Shown here: positions 55,528 to 64,000 of the stretch, piece by piece
How the letters are laid out: each line of letters begins with the position of its first letter
How positions within the stretch are numbered: the first letter of the stretch is position 1
NCBI GenBank assembly: GCA_963664405.1
Contig: OY761158.1
Coordinates: forward strand, 2,112,001 to 2,176,000
Length of the DNA stretch: 64,000 nt
Direction of reading: 5' to 3'
From: Thermoanaerobaculia bacterium
GTDB taxonomy: Bacteria; Acidobacteriota; Thermoanaerobaculia; Multivoradales; Multivoraceae
Made by a program: the position numbers and the translations under genes
Notes under the pieces: generated by a model
Seen by the model: the letters and a program-made list of their open reading frames with translations, nothing else
Database searches by the model: none
Told to the model about the DNA's origin: nothing

Positions 55528-58182
55528 GTGGAATCCATTGCAGTGTGGGCGCGGCGGGCGTCGTGGTGCCTGGTCGGCCTCCTTCTCTCTTGTGGCCCGA
55601 GCGACTACCAGGAGCCCGGCGCGGCCCCCCCCAAGGCGACGGATCTGCGTGCGCGCGTCGAGCAGCTCCGCCATGACGCTCGCAGAGAGCCGACCACGAA
55701 GGAGAATGTCTACCGCCGAGCCGACGTGGTCTGGGAGTGGGCCAACGCGATGGCCCTCGCCGGCGAGGTCATACCGGCCGATGTACCTCTGACCATCGCC
55801 TTGATTCGCTTCGCCGAGGCCGACGGGGGTGTGATCGATCTCACCCCGGGGATCGAGCTACCGCTCGAGCTCCACATCCCCCGGCTCGATCAGTACATCG
55901 CCGAGCTCGGGCTCAAGGAAGACGACCCGACGGCCCTCGGAAAATTGCACTTCCCTTCCCAGGAACCGCTGTTGGCGCGGAGTTGGGGGACCGTCGAAGA
56001 GATCTACACCGTCGGCACGACCGCAGTGGCGGTGGGAGGCGGTTTCCTCATCGGCAAAGCAGGCACCACAGATATCACGCGGCCACAGAACGAGGATCCC
56101 GCCGCCAACAACTACGTCACTGTCCGCTCGTCCAATCCAGACGTGCGTTTCGAGCCTCATCAGGTGCCCTGGAACGGGGTGCACTCCAACGTTCCGGCCA
56201 AACGCCCGCTGCCCGCCTTCCGAGTGGAAGGAGCCGGACTCGAGCCCGGCGACACGGTGACCGTCACTTTCGGTGACCGCTCTGGAGGCTCCCCGGGTCT
56301 GGTCATCCCGACCCACTCCAACGACGCCTTTCTGCTTCCGGTGTATGTCGACCTAGGGGGCGACGGCAACTACATGACACCGCGGTTCCCGGCTCGCGAA
56401 GTCGTCGGACAGCCCGAGCCAACGGCGGTCCGCCTGCTCGCCCCTTCGATCGTAAGGCCTGGTGAAAGTTTCACGCTGACGGTGCGAAGCGAAGACGAAG
56501 CCATGAATCGTTCGAGCGGGGAGAGTCCTGCCTACGAAGTTTCCCTCCACGGCGAGACGGTGGCGCGGATTCCTGCCGGTCTTGGCGCCCTCGCGACTCT
56601 GCCGGAGATCAGTCTCAACGAGCCCGGTATGCATCGCTTCCTCGTCCGCTCTGCAGACGCCGGCCTCGAAGGATGGAGTAACCCGATCTGGGTCGAGGAG
56701 GATCCGAAGCACCGCATCTACTGGGGAGATACCCACGGACACACCGGCCTAGCTGAGGGTCAGGGCTCGGCGCGCGCTTTCTTTCGCTACGCCAAAGACG
56801 ACGCGCGACTCGACTTCGTCACGCTCTCGGAGCACGACATCTGGATGGATGATTCCGAGTGGTTCACGATGCAGGATCTCACTCGCGAATTCAGTGCCGA
56901 TGGCGACCTGGTCGGCATCATCGGTTACGAGTGGACCGCCTTCAACAACCGCGGCGGTCACCACAATGTCTTCTTTCGCAAGCCGCTGAGCGCGCGCGTC
57001 GGTGTGCAGGACGCAACCAGGCTCGCCGACCTCTATCGCGAGCTGCACCGTCTCTACGATCCCGGCGACGTCCTCGTGATCCCCCATGCGCACCGCTCAG
57101 GTGATTGGACGCGCAGCGATCCCGAGCTCGAGCGTCTGGTCGAGCTCTATTCCGTTCACGGCAGCTTCGAGTGGTTCGCCAACAAGTACCTCATGAACGG
57201 CTTCGAGCTGGGTTTCGTCGCCGCCGCCGACGATCACCTCGCCAAGCCCGGTCTCTCCCCGCCACCCACCAGTAGCGTTTCGCAGCCCGGGGGGCTCGCG
57301 GCGGTGCTCGCCGGCGAGAAGACGACAGATGCCATCTTCGACTCGTTGCGCGGTCTTGCGACCTATGCCACGTCGGGGCAGCGCATCATCCTCGACGCGA
57401 GCCTCAACGGCTTCGCGATGGGCACGCGCCAGGCCGACACCAAGAACAGAGAGATCCGCTGTCGGGTGATGGGCACCTCCCCGATCGAGAGCATCGACGT
57501 GATCAAGAACGGCGAAGTCGTCCTCGGCCGGCGTTATCTCACCAAGCCTCTCACCCGGCACGCGTGGCTTCAGGTCGCCTTCGCCTCGTCCTCGGAAGTC
57601 ATCGGTCCCGAGCGCGACAACCCACGCGGTTACCGGCTGTGGAAGGGCACTCTCGAAGTCTCGGGAGCTCGTGTCGTCTCGCTCGATCCCGCGGGCATCG
57701 ACAACCCGGTGCGCGAATCGGTGGAGCTAGAGGAGGGCGGAAACAGGATCCGCTTCGAGATCCTGACTCGAGGCCGCGCCGATTCGATGCTCCTCGAGCT
57801 CGAAGGGGCGAGTGTCGACACCTCCCTTCATTTCACTGTCGAGCCCACCCGAGAGATAGGACCGGCGCCCATTTTGCGACCCGCCGCCAACATCGACGCC
57901 GTCGACATCCACCTCCGCCTTAGCGATCTCCAAAGCGGTAGGCTCGAGCACGAGCTCCTCGTCGGTGAGCACGTCGACAGCATCGCTCTACAGGTGATCG
58001 ATCCCGAAGGGGCCTTAGACCGAGATTTCGAGTACACCGATCTCGGCGAAAGAGCCAGCGGTGACTACTACTACGTGAGGGTCACTCAGCTCGACGGCGG
58101 CCGCGCCTGGTCGAGCCCGTTCTGGGTCGGCGAACGGGACCCCTACGGTGAAACGCGCCGGCGCCGGACTACCAGTAGGTAG
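55528..58182 (+). CDS. Large PHP/DUF3604-like metallohydrolase lipoprotein, paralogue 4
   Basis: Lipobox LLSC; WEWANA, WGDTHGH, SEHD, IPHAH, ADDH, DYYYVRVTQLDGGRAWSSPFWVG. Confidence 0.8.
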   Translation: MESIAVWARRASWCLVGLLLSCGPSDYQEPGAAPPKATDLRARVEQLRHDARREPTTKENVYRRADVVWEWANAMALAGEVIPADVPLTIALIRFAEADGGVIDLTPGIELPLELHIPRLDQYIAELGLKEDDPTALGKLHFPSQEPLLARSWGTVEEIYTVGTTAVAVGGGFLIGKAGTTDITRPQNEDPAANNYVTVRSSNPDVRFEPHQVPWNGVHSNVPAKRPLPAFRVEGAGLEPGDTVTVTFGDRSGGSPGLVIPTHSNDAFLLPVYVDLGGDGNYMTPRFPAREVVGQPEPTAVRLLAPSIVRPGESFTLTVRSEDEAMNRSSGESPAYEVSLHGETVARIPAGLGALATLPEISLNEPGMHRFLVRSADAGLEGWSNPIWVEEDPKHRIYWGDTHGHTGLAEGQGSARAFFRYAKDDARLDFVTLSEHDIWMDDSEWFTMQDLTREFSADGDLVGIIGYEWTAFNNRGGHHNVFFRKPLSARVGVQDATRLADLYRELHRLYDPGDVLVIPHAHRSGDWTRSDPELERLVELYSVHGSFEWFANKYLMNGFELGFVAAADDHLAKPGLSPPPTSSVSQPGGLAAVLAGEKTTDAIFDSLRGLATYATSGQRIILDASLNGFAMGTRQADTKNREIRCRVMGTSPIESIDVIKNGEVVLGRRYLTKPLTRHAWLQVAFASSSEVIGPERDNPRGYRLWKGTLEVSGARVVSLDPAGIDNPVRESVELEEGGNRIRFEILTRGRADSMLLELEGASVDTSLHFTVEPTREIGPAPILRPAANIDAVDIHLRLSDLQSGRLEHELLVGEHVDSIALQVIDPEGALDRDFEYTDLGERASGDYYYVRVTQLDGGRAWSSPFWVGERDPYGETRRRRTTSR

Positions 58183-58582
58183 AAAGCTGGCGAGCGCGAA
58201 GACCCGTCGAAAAGCGCCGGTCGAAGGTGGCAATCGCGTCGAGATCGCGGTCCGCCAGAACCGCGGCCAACATCGCGTCGGCGAAATCGGCGAAGACGCC
58301 AGGCCACAGATCGAGAAGGCGGGGCCACGGTGCATCGTCCAAAGGACGGACGCCTGGTAAGTGGAGCAGCTCTTCCAGCAGAGATGCGGTCTCGGCAGGA
58401 GAACGCCGATAGAGGTTCAAGAGCACGTAGACCATCTCGATCAACACCACCTGATGGAGCACAAGGGTCAACCTTCCCGCCGACGCCTCGCTCATCAGCT
58501 CCGCCGCCTTGGCCTGCTGTGCTGGGTCGCGGTCGGTCAGAAACGACAAAAGAACATTGGTGTCGATGAGCACACCTCTCAT
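58169..58582 (-). CDS. PIN-domain toxin (VapC-like)
   Basis: LIDTNVL, VLIE, DFADA, TFD acidic tetrad. Confidence 0.88.
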   Translation of the reverse strand: MRGVLIDTNVLLSFLTDRDPAQQAKAAELMSEASAGRLTLVLHQVVLIEMVYVLLNLYRRSPAETASLLEELLHLPGVRPLDDAPWPRLLDLWPGVFADFADAMLAAVLADRDLDAIATFDRRFSTGLRARQLSTYW

Positions 58583-58818
58583 CGAGGTTGAGCTTCCCGC
58601 TGCTCTCTGGCCCGCTCAATGTCGTCGACTGTCGAGCCTGGGCCGATACGCAGAGACCCGCGCCGTTGGAGGAAAGCCCGAGACGCAAGGCCGACCTGAA
58701 TCGCTCCATCGACAAGCTCCCAGCGCAGTACGTCGCCAGGGCCAAGCGCCAGCTTGTCGCGGACTTCCTTGGGAACCGTAGTCTGGTTCTTCGACGTGAT
58801 CTTGGATTGGGCCATCAT
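58579..58818 (-). CDS. AbrB/MazE/SpoVT-family antitoxin
   Basis: SKITSKNQTTVPKEVRDKLALGPGDVL; ATGA overlap with the PIN gene. Confidence 0.88.
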   Translation of the reverse strand: MMAQSKITSKNQTTVPKEVRDKLALGPGDVLRWELVDGAIQVGLASRAFLQRRGSLRIGPGSTVDDIERAREQREAQPR

Positions 58819-58872
58819 CGATTCCTTACTAATTATCCAATATCGTAAGGAGCCTCGCAACTCGCGCTCCTC

Positions 58873-58968
58873 CTAGACCTGCGTTTCCAAAGTTCGTGTA
58901 CATAGCTCGAGGTCATTCTGTTCGCTGGCTAGGCGTGCCGACGCGCGCGTTTCGCGCGTTGGCATATT
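58873..58968. mobile_element. Partial, diverged copy of the 38821 MITE (one end only)
   Basis: CTAGACCTGCGTTTCCAAAGTTCG...AGCTCGAGGTCATTCTGTTCGCTGGC..GGCG.GCCGACGC matches the reverse complement of 38915-38986. Confidence 0.8.
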
Positions 58969-59052
58969 GCGGAGTCGCGGAGCGATTCCGTCAACAGCGT
59001 GTTGAACGAAGCCGCGGGATCGAAGCGAGAGTCTATGTGGATTGTTCGGTGA

Positions 59053-59538
59053 TCAAGAGGATTGAGGCGGATCTGCGGCGAGGAATGGGAGCGAGAAGGC
59101 GCCAGTCTTCGTGGGCAACGACGCGGCGTTCTTGCCCGAGTAGAGGTCCATCCTGGCCATGTTCGCCTTGGTGTTCTCGTGCGCTACGATCTCGACCGGG
59201 GTCCCGAACTCGCTGTTGCTGCCGGCATGACCTGGATGCGCATGGGTGTTGATGATGGTCGTCACCTCGAGATCGGTCACTGCCGCGAGTGCGTCCCGTA
59301 CCGGTTCGCCCCAACCTGGGCGCTTGGTGTCGATCAACACCACGCCACCGTTGATCTCGTCGATGAAGGCCACCGAGTTACCACCGCCGCCGGAGAGGTG
59401 ATAGAGGGTATCGAACACACCCAAGGTGTCGATCCGAACGGTCTTCGGCTCCTGCGCCTGACCGCGCGCTGCGACGGCCGTTAGTGACACCAGTGACAGA
59501 GCCACGAGCCTCACTTCTAACCACGCCCACCGTTTCAT
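59053..59538 (-). pseudogene. MBL-fold (cyclase-like) hydrolase, truncated
   Basis: Signal peptide; GGGGNS, VLIDTK, INTHAHPGHAG (HxHxDH with D->G); similarity stops after LPTKT. Confidence 0.65.
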
Positions 59539-59619
59539 GAGAACCCTCCCCGGCAACCTCTCATCTCGCGAGGCCGGCGACGGGAAGCGAGTGTATACTG
59601 AGATGGCGAGGTGACTTTC

Positions 59620-60027
59620 ATGGGAACAAGGCTCGTCTTCGCGGTTGTCGGCTTCGGCATCCTGCTGGCTGCGGGACCCGTGCTGGCGCATCATGCGTTT
59701 TCGGCCGAATTCGACGCGAACAGGCCGCTTCAGCTACACGGCACCGTCACGAAAACGGAGTGGATAAACCCCCACTCGTGGATTCACATCGATGTGGAAG
59801 GCCCAGACGGCCAGGCGGTGAGTTGGGCCATTGAATTGGGCGCCCCGAACCGGTTGATTAGGCGGGGCCTGAACAAGAATTCGGTCCCGGTTGGCACGGA
59901 ACTGGTCATCAATGGCTTTGCTGCCAAGGACGGATCCAACACAGCGAACGGCAGGGACATCGCGTTGCCCGATGGGTCAACGTTCTTTGTGGGGTCGTCT
60001 GGCACTGGCGCTCCCGATGGGCGATAA
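59620..60027 (+). CDS. DUF6152-family secreted protein
   Basis: VLAHHAFSAEFD, WINPHSWIHIDV, WAIE. Confidence 0.75.
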   Translation: MGTRLVFAVVGFGILLAAGPVLAHHAFSAEFDANRPLQLHGTVTKTEWINPHSWIHIDVEGPDGQAVSWAIELGAPNRLIRRGLNKNSVPVGTELVINGFAAKDGSNTANGRDIALPDGSTFFVGSSGTGAPDGR

Positions 60028-60155
60028 GCAGGGTTGGGATCGCTGAACGGGTTCGTTCAATCTCACCATAGTCCGTCTGGACGCCAGGATGCTGCCGGAT
60101 TTGTTGGCCTGTGACCGGAGCACGTCCACTGAAAGGAAAAAAGGAGGGCTTGGGG

Positions 60156-62336
60156 ATGAGACGGCACACACGGGTCCTGGTGGCCGCGACGCTGACGGTC
60201 ACGTGGCTCTCGGCGGCGGCGGTCGAGGCGCAGCAGGGCGCGGTCGGCGGCGAGTGGCGCCACTACGCCGGCGACATGTGGGGCACGAAGTACTCGCCGC
60301 TCGATCAGATCACCGCGGAGAACTTCGGCGAGCTCGAGGTGGCCTGGCGCTGGCGCACCGCCGACTCCCATCTCCCGTTCGAGGATGAGCACGGGATCTC
60401 GCTCATCCCCTCCGAGACGCTCTTCGACCGGCTCGAGGCGGCCGAGCCAGACCGCTGGGTGACGCGGCCGAATATTGCATTGCAATCAATCTTCTTCGAG
60501 GCGGTCCCGCTCATGGTCGACGGCGTGCTGTATCTGAGCACCCCGCTCTATCAGGCGGCAGCGATCGATGCCCGGACGGGTGAGACGCGCTGGGTCTACA
60601 ACCCGCGAGTCTACGAGGCCGGCAGCCCGCCGGTCCCTTCGCCCTGGAAACACCGCGGGGTGGCCTACTGGGATAACGGGGGCGAGGCGCGGATCTTCTG
60701 GGGCACGGGCGACGGCTATCTGACCGCCGTCGACGCGAAGACCGGCCTGCTCGCCACCGGGTTCGGCGACAACGGGCGCGTCAGTCTGGAAGAGGGCCTC
60801 CCGCGGGCTCGCGAGATCCCCGCAGCCGCCCGCCCCATCGCGGGCCGCCCGGCTCGCGAGAACCCCAGCGGGCTGCCTTACCCGTCCCGGTCAGCTCCGC
60901 TGATCGTGGGTGACACGATCATCATCGGCTCACCCTCGACAATCCACGACCAGGTCGTCACGAAGGAGAGCACGCCGGGGTTCGCGCGCGCCTACGACGC
61001 GCGCACCGGGCGGCACAAGTGGGACTTCCACAACGTGCCACAGAGCGCCGATGAGTTCGGGGCCGACACCTGGCAGAACGAGTCGTGGCGCTACTCGGGC
61101 AATACGAATATCTGGGGGCACATCACGGTGGACCCCGAGCTCGGCTACGTCTATCTGCCGACGAGCACCCCGACCTCCGACAACTGGGGCGGCGAGCGGC
61201 CTGGCGACAACCTCTTTGCGGGGAGTCTGGTTTGCGTGGATCTGGAGACGGGCGAGCGTGTCTGGCACTTCCAGATGGTGCACCACGTCGTCTGGAACTA
61301 CGACACCCCGACGGGGCCGAACCTGCTCGACATCACCGTTGACGGCCGCCGGGTGAAGGCGGTCGCCCAGGTGACCAAGCAGGGGTTCGTCTACACCTTC
61401 GACCGCGTGACTGGCGAACCAGTCTGGCCGATTGAAGAGCGGCCGGTGGCGACGGACACCGACCTGGAGGGAGAGGTCCTGTCACCGACCCAGCCGTTCC
61501 CGACCAAGCCGGCGCCCTTCGAGTATCAGGGCACCTCGATCGACGACCTAGTCGATTTCACCCCCGAGATCCGCCAGATGGCGGTCGAGGCGGTGGAGGG
61601 GTTCCGGCTCGGCCCGCTGTACACCCCGCACTCGCTGCGCGGCACGATCTTCCGTCCGGGCTCCGTGGGCGCTGCCAGCTGGGGCGGCGCGGCGGTAGAC
61701 CCGGAGACGGGCATTCTCTACGTGCCGTCGCGAAACGTGCACTCCGTCGTGCGGTTTCGCGAGCCCGAGCCAGACGAGGGGTCGAACTTGCGATACCTCG
61801 TCAGCGGGGGCGCCGGGCCGTTCCTGGAGGGGGGGAACCCCCGGCGCCAGCCGCCGATGCCACCGGGGCTGCCGCTCTGGAAGCCGCCCTATTCGCGGAT
61901 GACGGCCATCGACATGAACACCGGCGAGCACCTCTGGATGACGCCGACCGGCAACGGCGACCCAATTCGCGACCACCCCCTGCTGCGCCATCTCGATCTG
62001 CCGCCATTGGGAGGTGAGGTCAACAATTTCGGGCCACTCTTGACGAAGACGCTGCTCATTTACGCGTTGGCTTCCGGTGGCACCGACGATGGTCTCCAAC
62101 TGGTGGCCTACGACAAGGGGTCGGGAGAAGTCCTTGCCGCGGTCGACCTGCCTGGAGGCGCAATCGGGACGCCGAGGACCTACACGCTGAACGTTGCAGC
62201 GGCTCGTGACGAAGTCATACGCGTGGGGGGCGCAGTCGGGACGCCGATGACCTACATGCTGGACGGCCGGCAATACTTAGCACTCACCGTCGGCGGAGAG
62301 ACGCCGGCATTGATCGCGCTCAGGCTGCCCTACTAG
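60156..62336 (+). CDS. PQQ-dependent (glucose/quinate-type) dehydrogenase
   Basis: Signal peptide; KYSPLDQIT, AIDARTG..W, WHFQMVHH.VWNYD, KQGF, WGG, PMTY..DGRQY. Confidence 0.88.
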   Translation: MRRHTRVLVAATLTVTWLSAAAVEAQQGAVGGEWRHYAGDMWGTKYSPLDQITAENFGELEVAWRWRTADSHLPFEDEHGISLIPSETLFDRLEAAEPDRWVTRPNIALQSIFFEAVPLMVDGVLYLSTPLYQAAAIDARTGETRWVYNPRVYEAGSPPVPSPWKHRGVAYWDNGGEARIFWGTGDGYLTAVDAKTGLLATGFGDNGRVSLEEGLPRAREIPAAARPIAGRPARENPSGLPYPSRSAPLIVGDTIIIGSPSTIHDQVVTKESTPGFARAYDARTGRHKWDFHNVPQSADEFGADTWQNESWRYSGNTNIWGHITVDPELGYVYLPTSTPTSDNWGGERPGDNLFAGSLVCVDLETGERVWHFQMVHHVVWNYDTPTGPNLLDITVDGRRVKAVAQVTKQGFVYTFDRVTGEPVWPIEERPVATDTDLEGEVLSPTQPFPTKPAPFEYQGTSIDDLVDFTPEIRQMAVEAVEGFRLGPLYTPHSLRGTIFRPGSVGAASWGGAAVDPETGILYVPSRNVHSVVRFREPEPDEGSNLRYLVSGGAGPFLEGGNPRRQPPMPPGLPLWKPPYSRMTAIDMNTGEHLWMTPTGNGDPIRDHPLLRHLDLPPLGGEVNNFGPLLTKTLLIYALASGGTDDGLQLVAYDKGSGEVLAAVDLPGGAIGTPRTYTLNVAAARDEVIRVGGAVGTPMTYMLDGRQYLALTVGGETPALIALRLPY

Positions 62337-62350
62337 TCACCCAGAGAAAG

Positions 62351-63502
62351 GTGGGAAACATGCGTAAACTCCGATCGATCCTGGCGAGCCGAGGCTGGCT
62401 GGCGCTCCTGTCCCTACCGCTGGTGGCTCTCGTGGCCTGTGGCGGTGGCGCTCCGGCGGTGGAGGAGGAGATGGGCGCGATGGATGACGGGAAGATGAGC
62501 GACTGGGTGGATCGGCCGCCGCTGCCGAATCCGACCGGCGAGGTGATCTTGAACTGGGCGCCGCTCCCCGACGGGCGGGTCTGGGGTTCGACCGCGGGCA
62601 TCGATATCGGTCCCGACGGGCACGTCTGGGCCTATGACCGGTGCGGTGGCGGTCTGGACGGTGGGTGCGAGTCCAACCCGGAGCTCGATCCGATCTTCAA
62701 GTTCGACAGGAACACGGGTGAGATCCTGACCAGCTTCGGGGCGGGACTGTTCGTGACACCACACGGTTTCCACGTCGACAGTGACGGCAACGTCTGGGCG
62801 ACCGACTTCGCAGGGAACGAGGCCGGGACCAAGGGGCATCAGGTGATCAAGTTCAGCCCGGAGGGCGAGGTCCTGCTGCGACTCGGCGAGGCGGGGGTGC
62901 CTGGAAGCGGCCCTGGCCAGCTCAACCAGCCGTGCGATGTCATTACGGCGCGCAACGGCGACATCTTCGTGTCTGACGGACACAGCGGCCAGGCGCCTGA
63001 TCCGCCTCCGGGCGCGACCGGACGGATCCTCAAGTTCGACAGCGAGGGCGGCTTCATCAAGGAGTGGGGTGAAATCGGCTTCCGGCCCGGGCAGTTTCGC
63101 ACGCCGCACGCACTGGAGCTCGACTCGCAGGGCCGTCTCTATGTCGCGGACCGTGGCAATGACCGGATCCAAATCTTCGACCAAGACGGCAACCTCCTCG
63201 ACACCTACATGCAGTACAGCCGGATCAGTGGCCTGTTCATCACCGCCGACGACACGCTCTATGCGATCGCTTCGGACTCGGGCCCAAGCAGCCACCCCGG
63301 CTGGAAGAACGGTCTGCGGATCGGACCAGCCGGGGAGGACCGGCTGACCGGCTTCGTGCCGCCGCACTCTCACGACGTTCACGTGCAAGGGGTCGCCGGT
63401 GAGGGTGTCGCCGTGGATGAGGACGGCAACATCTATGCGGCGGAAGGGCCGGACTCCCGTCCCACCGCCGGCGGCGGTATCACGAAATACGTCGCGAACT
63501 AG
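62351..63502 (+). CDS. NHL-repeat lipoprotein (peptidyl-alpha-hydroxyglycine alpha-amidating lyase-like)
   Basis: Lipobox LVAC; PHGFHVD..GNVW.TD, PCDV...GDIFVSDG, PHAL..D..GRLYVADRGNDRIQIFD. Confidence 0.82.
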   Translation: MGNMRKLRSILASRGWLALLSLPLVALVACGGGAPAVEEEMGAMDDGKMSDWVDRPPLPNPTGEVILNWAPLPDGRVWGSTAGIDIGPDGHVWAYDRCGGGLDGGCESNPELDPIFKFDRNTGEILTSFGAGLFVTPHGFHVDSDGNVWATDFAGNEAGTKGHQVIKFSPEGEVLLRLGEAGVPGSGPGQLNQPCDVITARNGDIFVSDGHSGQAPDPPPGATGRILKFDSEGGFIKEWGEIGFRPGQFRTPHALELDSQGRLYVADRGNDRIQIFDQDGNLLDTYMQYSRISGLFITADDTLYAIASDSGPSSHPGWKNGLRIGPAGEDRLTGFVPPHSHDVHVQGVAGEGVAVDEDGNIYAAEGPDSRPTAGGGITKYVAN

Positions 63503-63507
63503 ACCCG

Positions 63508-64000
63508 TCACTTCGCATCAACGTCAACGCCGGTCATGAGCCTGAGGTTACGACCATTGCCCTCGTGACACGCGTACTCCAACAGTTCGTGATCCTCGGG
63601 AGCCCGCATGAACGCGTCGAGCGCGATCGTCCAGGGTCTTGTAAACACTTTCGGATCGTCGATTGTGGCCTCGTAGTGGATCGTATCGGCGTCGGTCAGC
63701 GTGAAGCGTTCCACCACGTGCAAGGCGTCGCTATGGAAGACGCCGTGACCCGTCGAGAGGGCGCTTGCAGGCGCGCCCTCCGGGGCTACCCCACGCGCAA
63801 TCACCCAGGTGTTCTCGGTGAAGTTCGTGACGTCGACGACCAGCGTATCGCCTTCCCAGTGGCCACGCGAATCACCCAACCCCAGGCGTATCTCCGAGCT
63901 GACATGCGGACGCCCATCCAGGGGAATGTAACGGTACTCGTGGTTCGCCTCGTAGAGGATCACCACGTACCCAGGCACCTGCAGAATCTGATACGTGTTG
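63508..64000 (-). CDS. Conserved hypothetical protein, 5'-truncated by the window edge
   Basis: GDSRGHWEGDTLVVDVTNF, HVVERFT, DPKVFTRPW, EYACHEGN; frame open to the window end. Confidence 0.75.
   Translation of the reverse strand, partial: NTYQILQVPGYVVILYEANHEYRYIPLDGRPHVSSEIRLGLGDSRGHWEGDTLVVDVTNFTENTWVIARGVAPEGAPASALSTGHGVFHSDALHVVERFTLTDADTIHYEATIDDPKVFTRPWTIALDAFMRAPEDHELLEYACHEGNGRNLRLMTGVDVDAK

Noticed and set aside
35594-63502. PHM-like and PAL-like genes as a peptide amidation (PAM) pair
   Set aside because: They are 25 kb apart across an apparent junction, both families are common, and no Gly-extended precursor peptide was seen
1-64000. tRNA, rRNA, transposase, integrase or riboswitch
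   Set aside because: None recognisable by eye; Infernal or tRNAscan would be needed to exclude small RNAs

Overview
GC-rich bacterial window, probably Acidobacteriota (Thermoanaerobaculia-like, inferred from gene families only). It is an accessory catabolic and scavenging region with no rRNA, tRNA or CRISPR. It holds six PHP-fold/DUF3604-like metallohydrolases, four of them close ~880-900 aa lipoprotein paralogues with a shared, unusual architecture. It also holds four intact Cys-type sulfatases plus a sulfatase remnant, a sialidase-like BNR protein and a paraoxonase-like lactonase. A TonB-dependent receptor is followed by an iodothyronine-deiodinase-like protein and lies divergent from a TetR regulator. 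Many CoA/beta-oxidation-type genes are present (2 acyl-CoA ligases, 2 CaiB/BaiF CoA-transferases, 2 crotonases, MaoC, 3 SDRs). A 16-bp palindrome (TAGAY-N6-GTCTA) recurs in five promoter regions and may tie these operons into one TetR-type regulon. Non-coding DNA contains a 166-bp MITE with 21-bp TIRs, a partial second copy, and a separate family of CTAG-bounded hairpin repeats sitting on TAG stop codons. Other features are several deletion scars or pseudogenes, a SEC-C protein with a C-terminal RelE-like domain, and an AbrB-PIN toxin-antitoxin pair. All product calls come from reading motifs, not from database searches.
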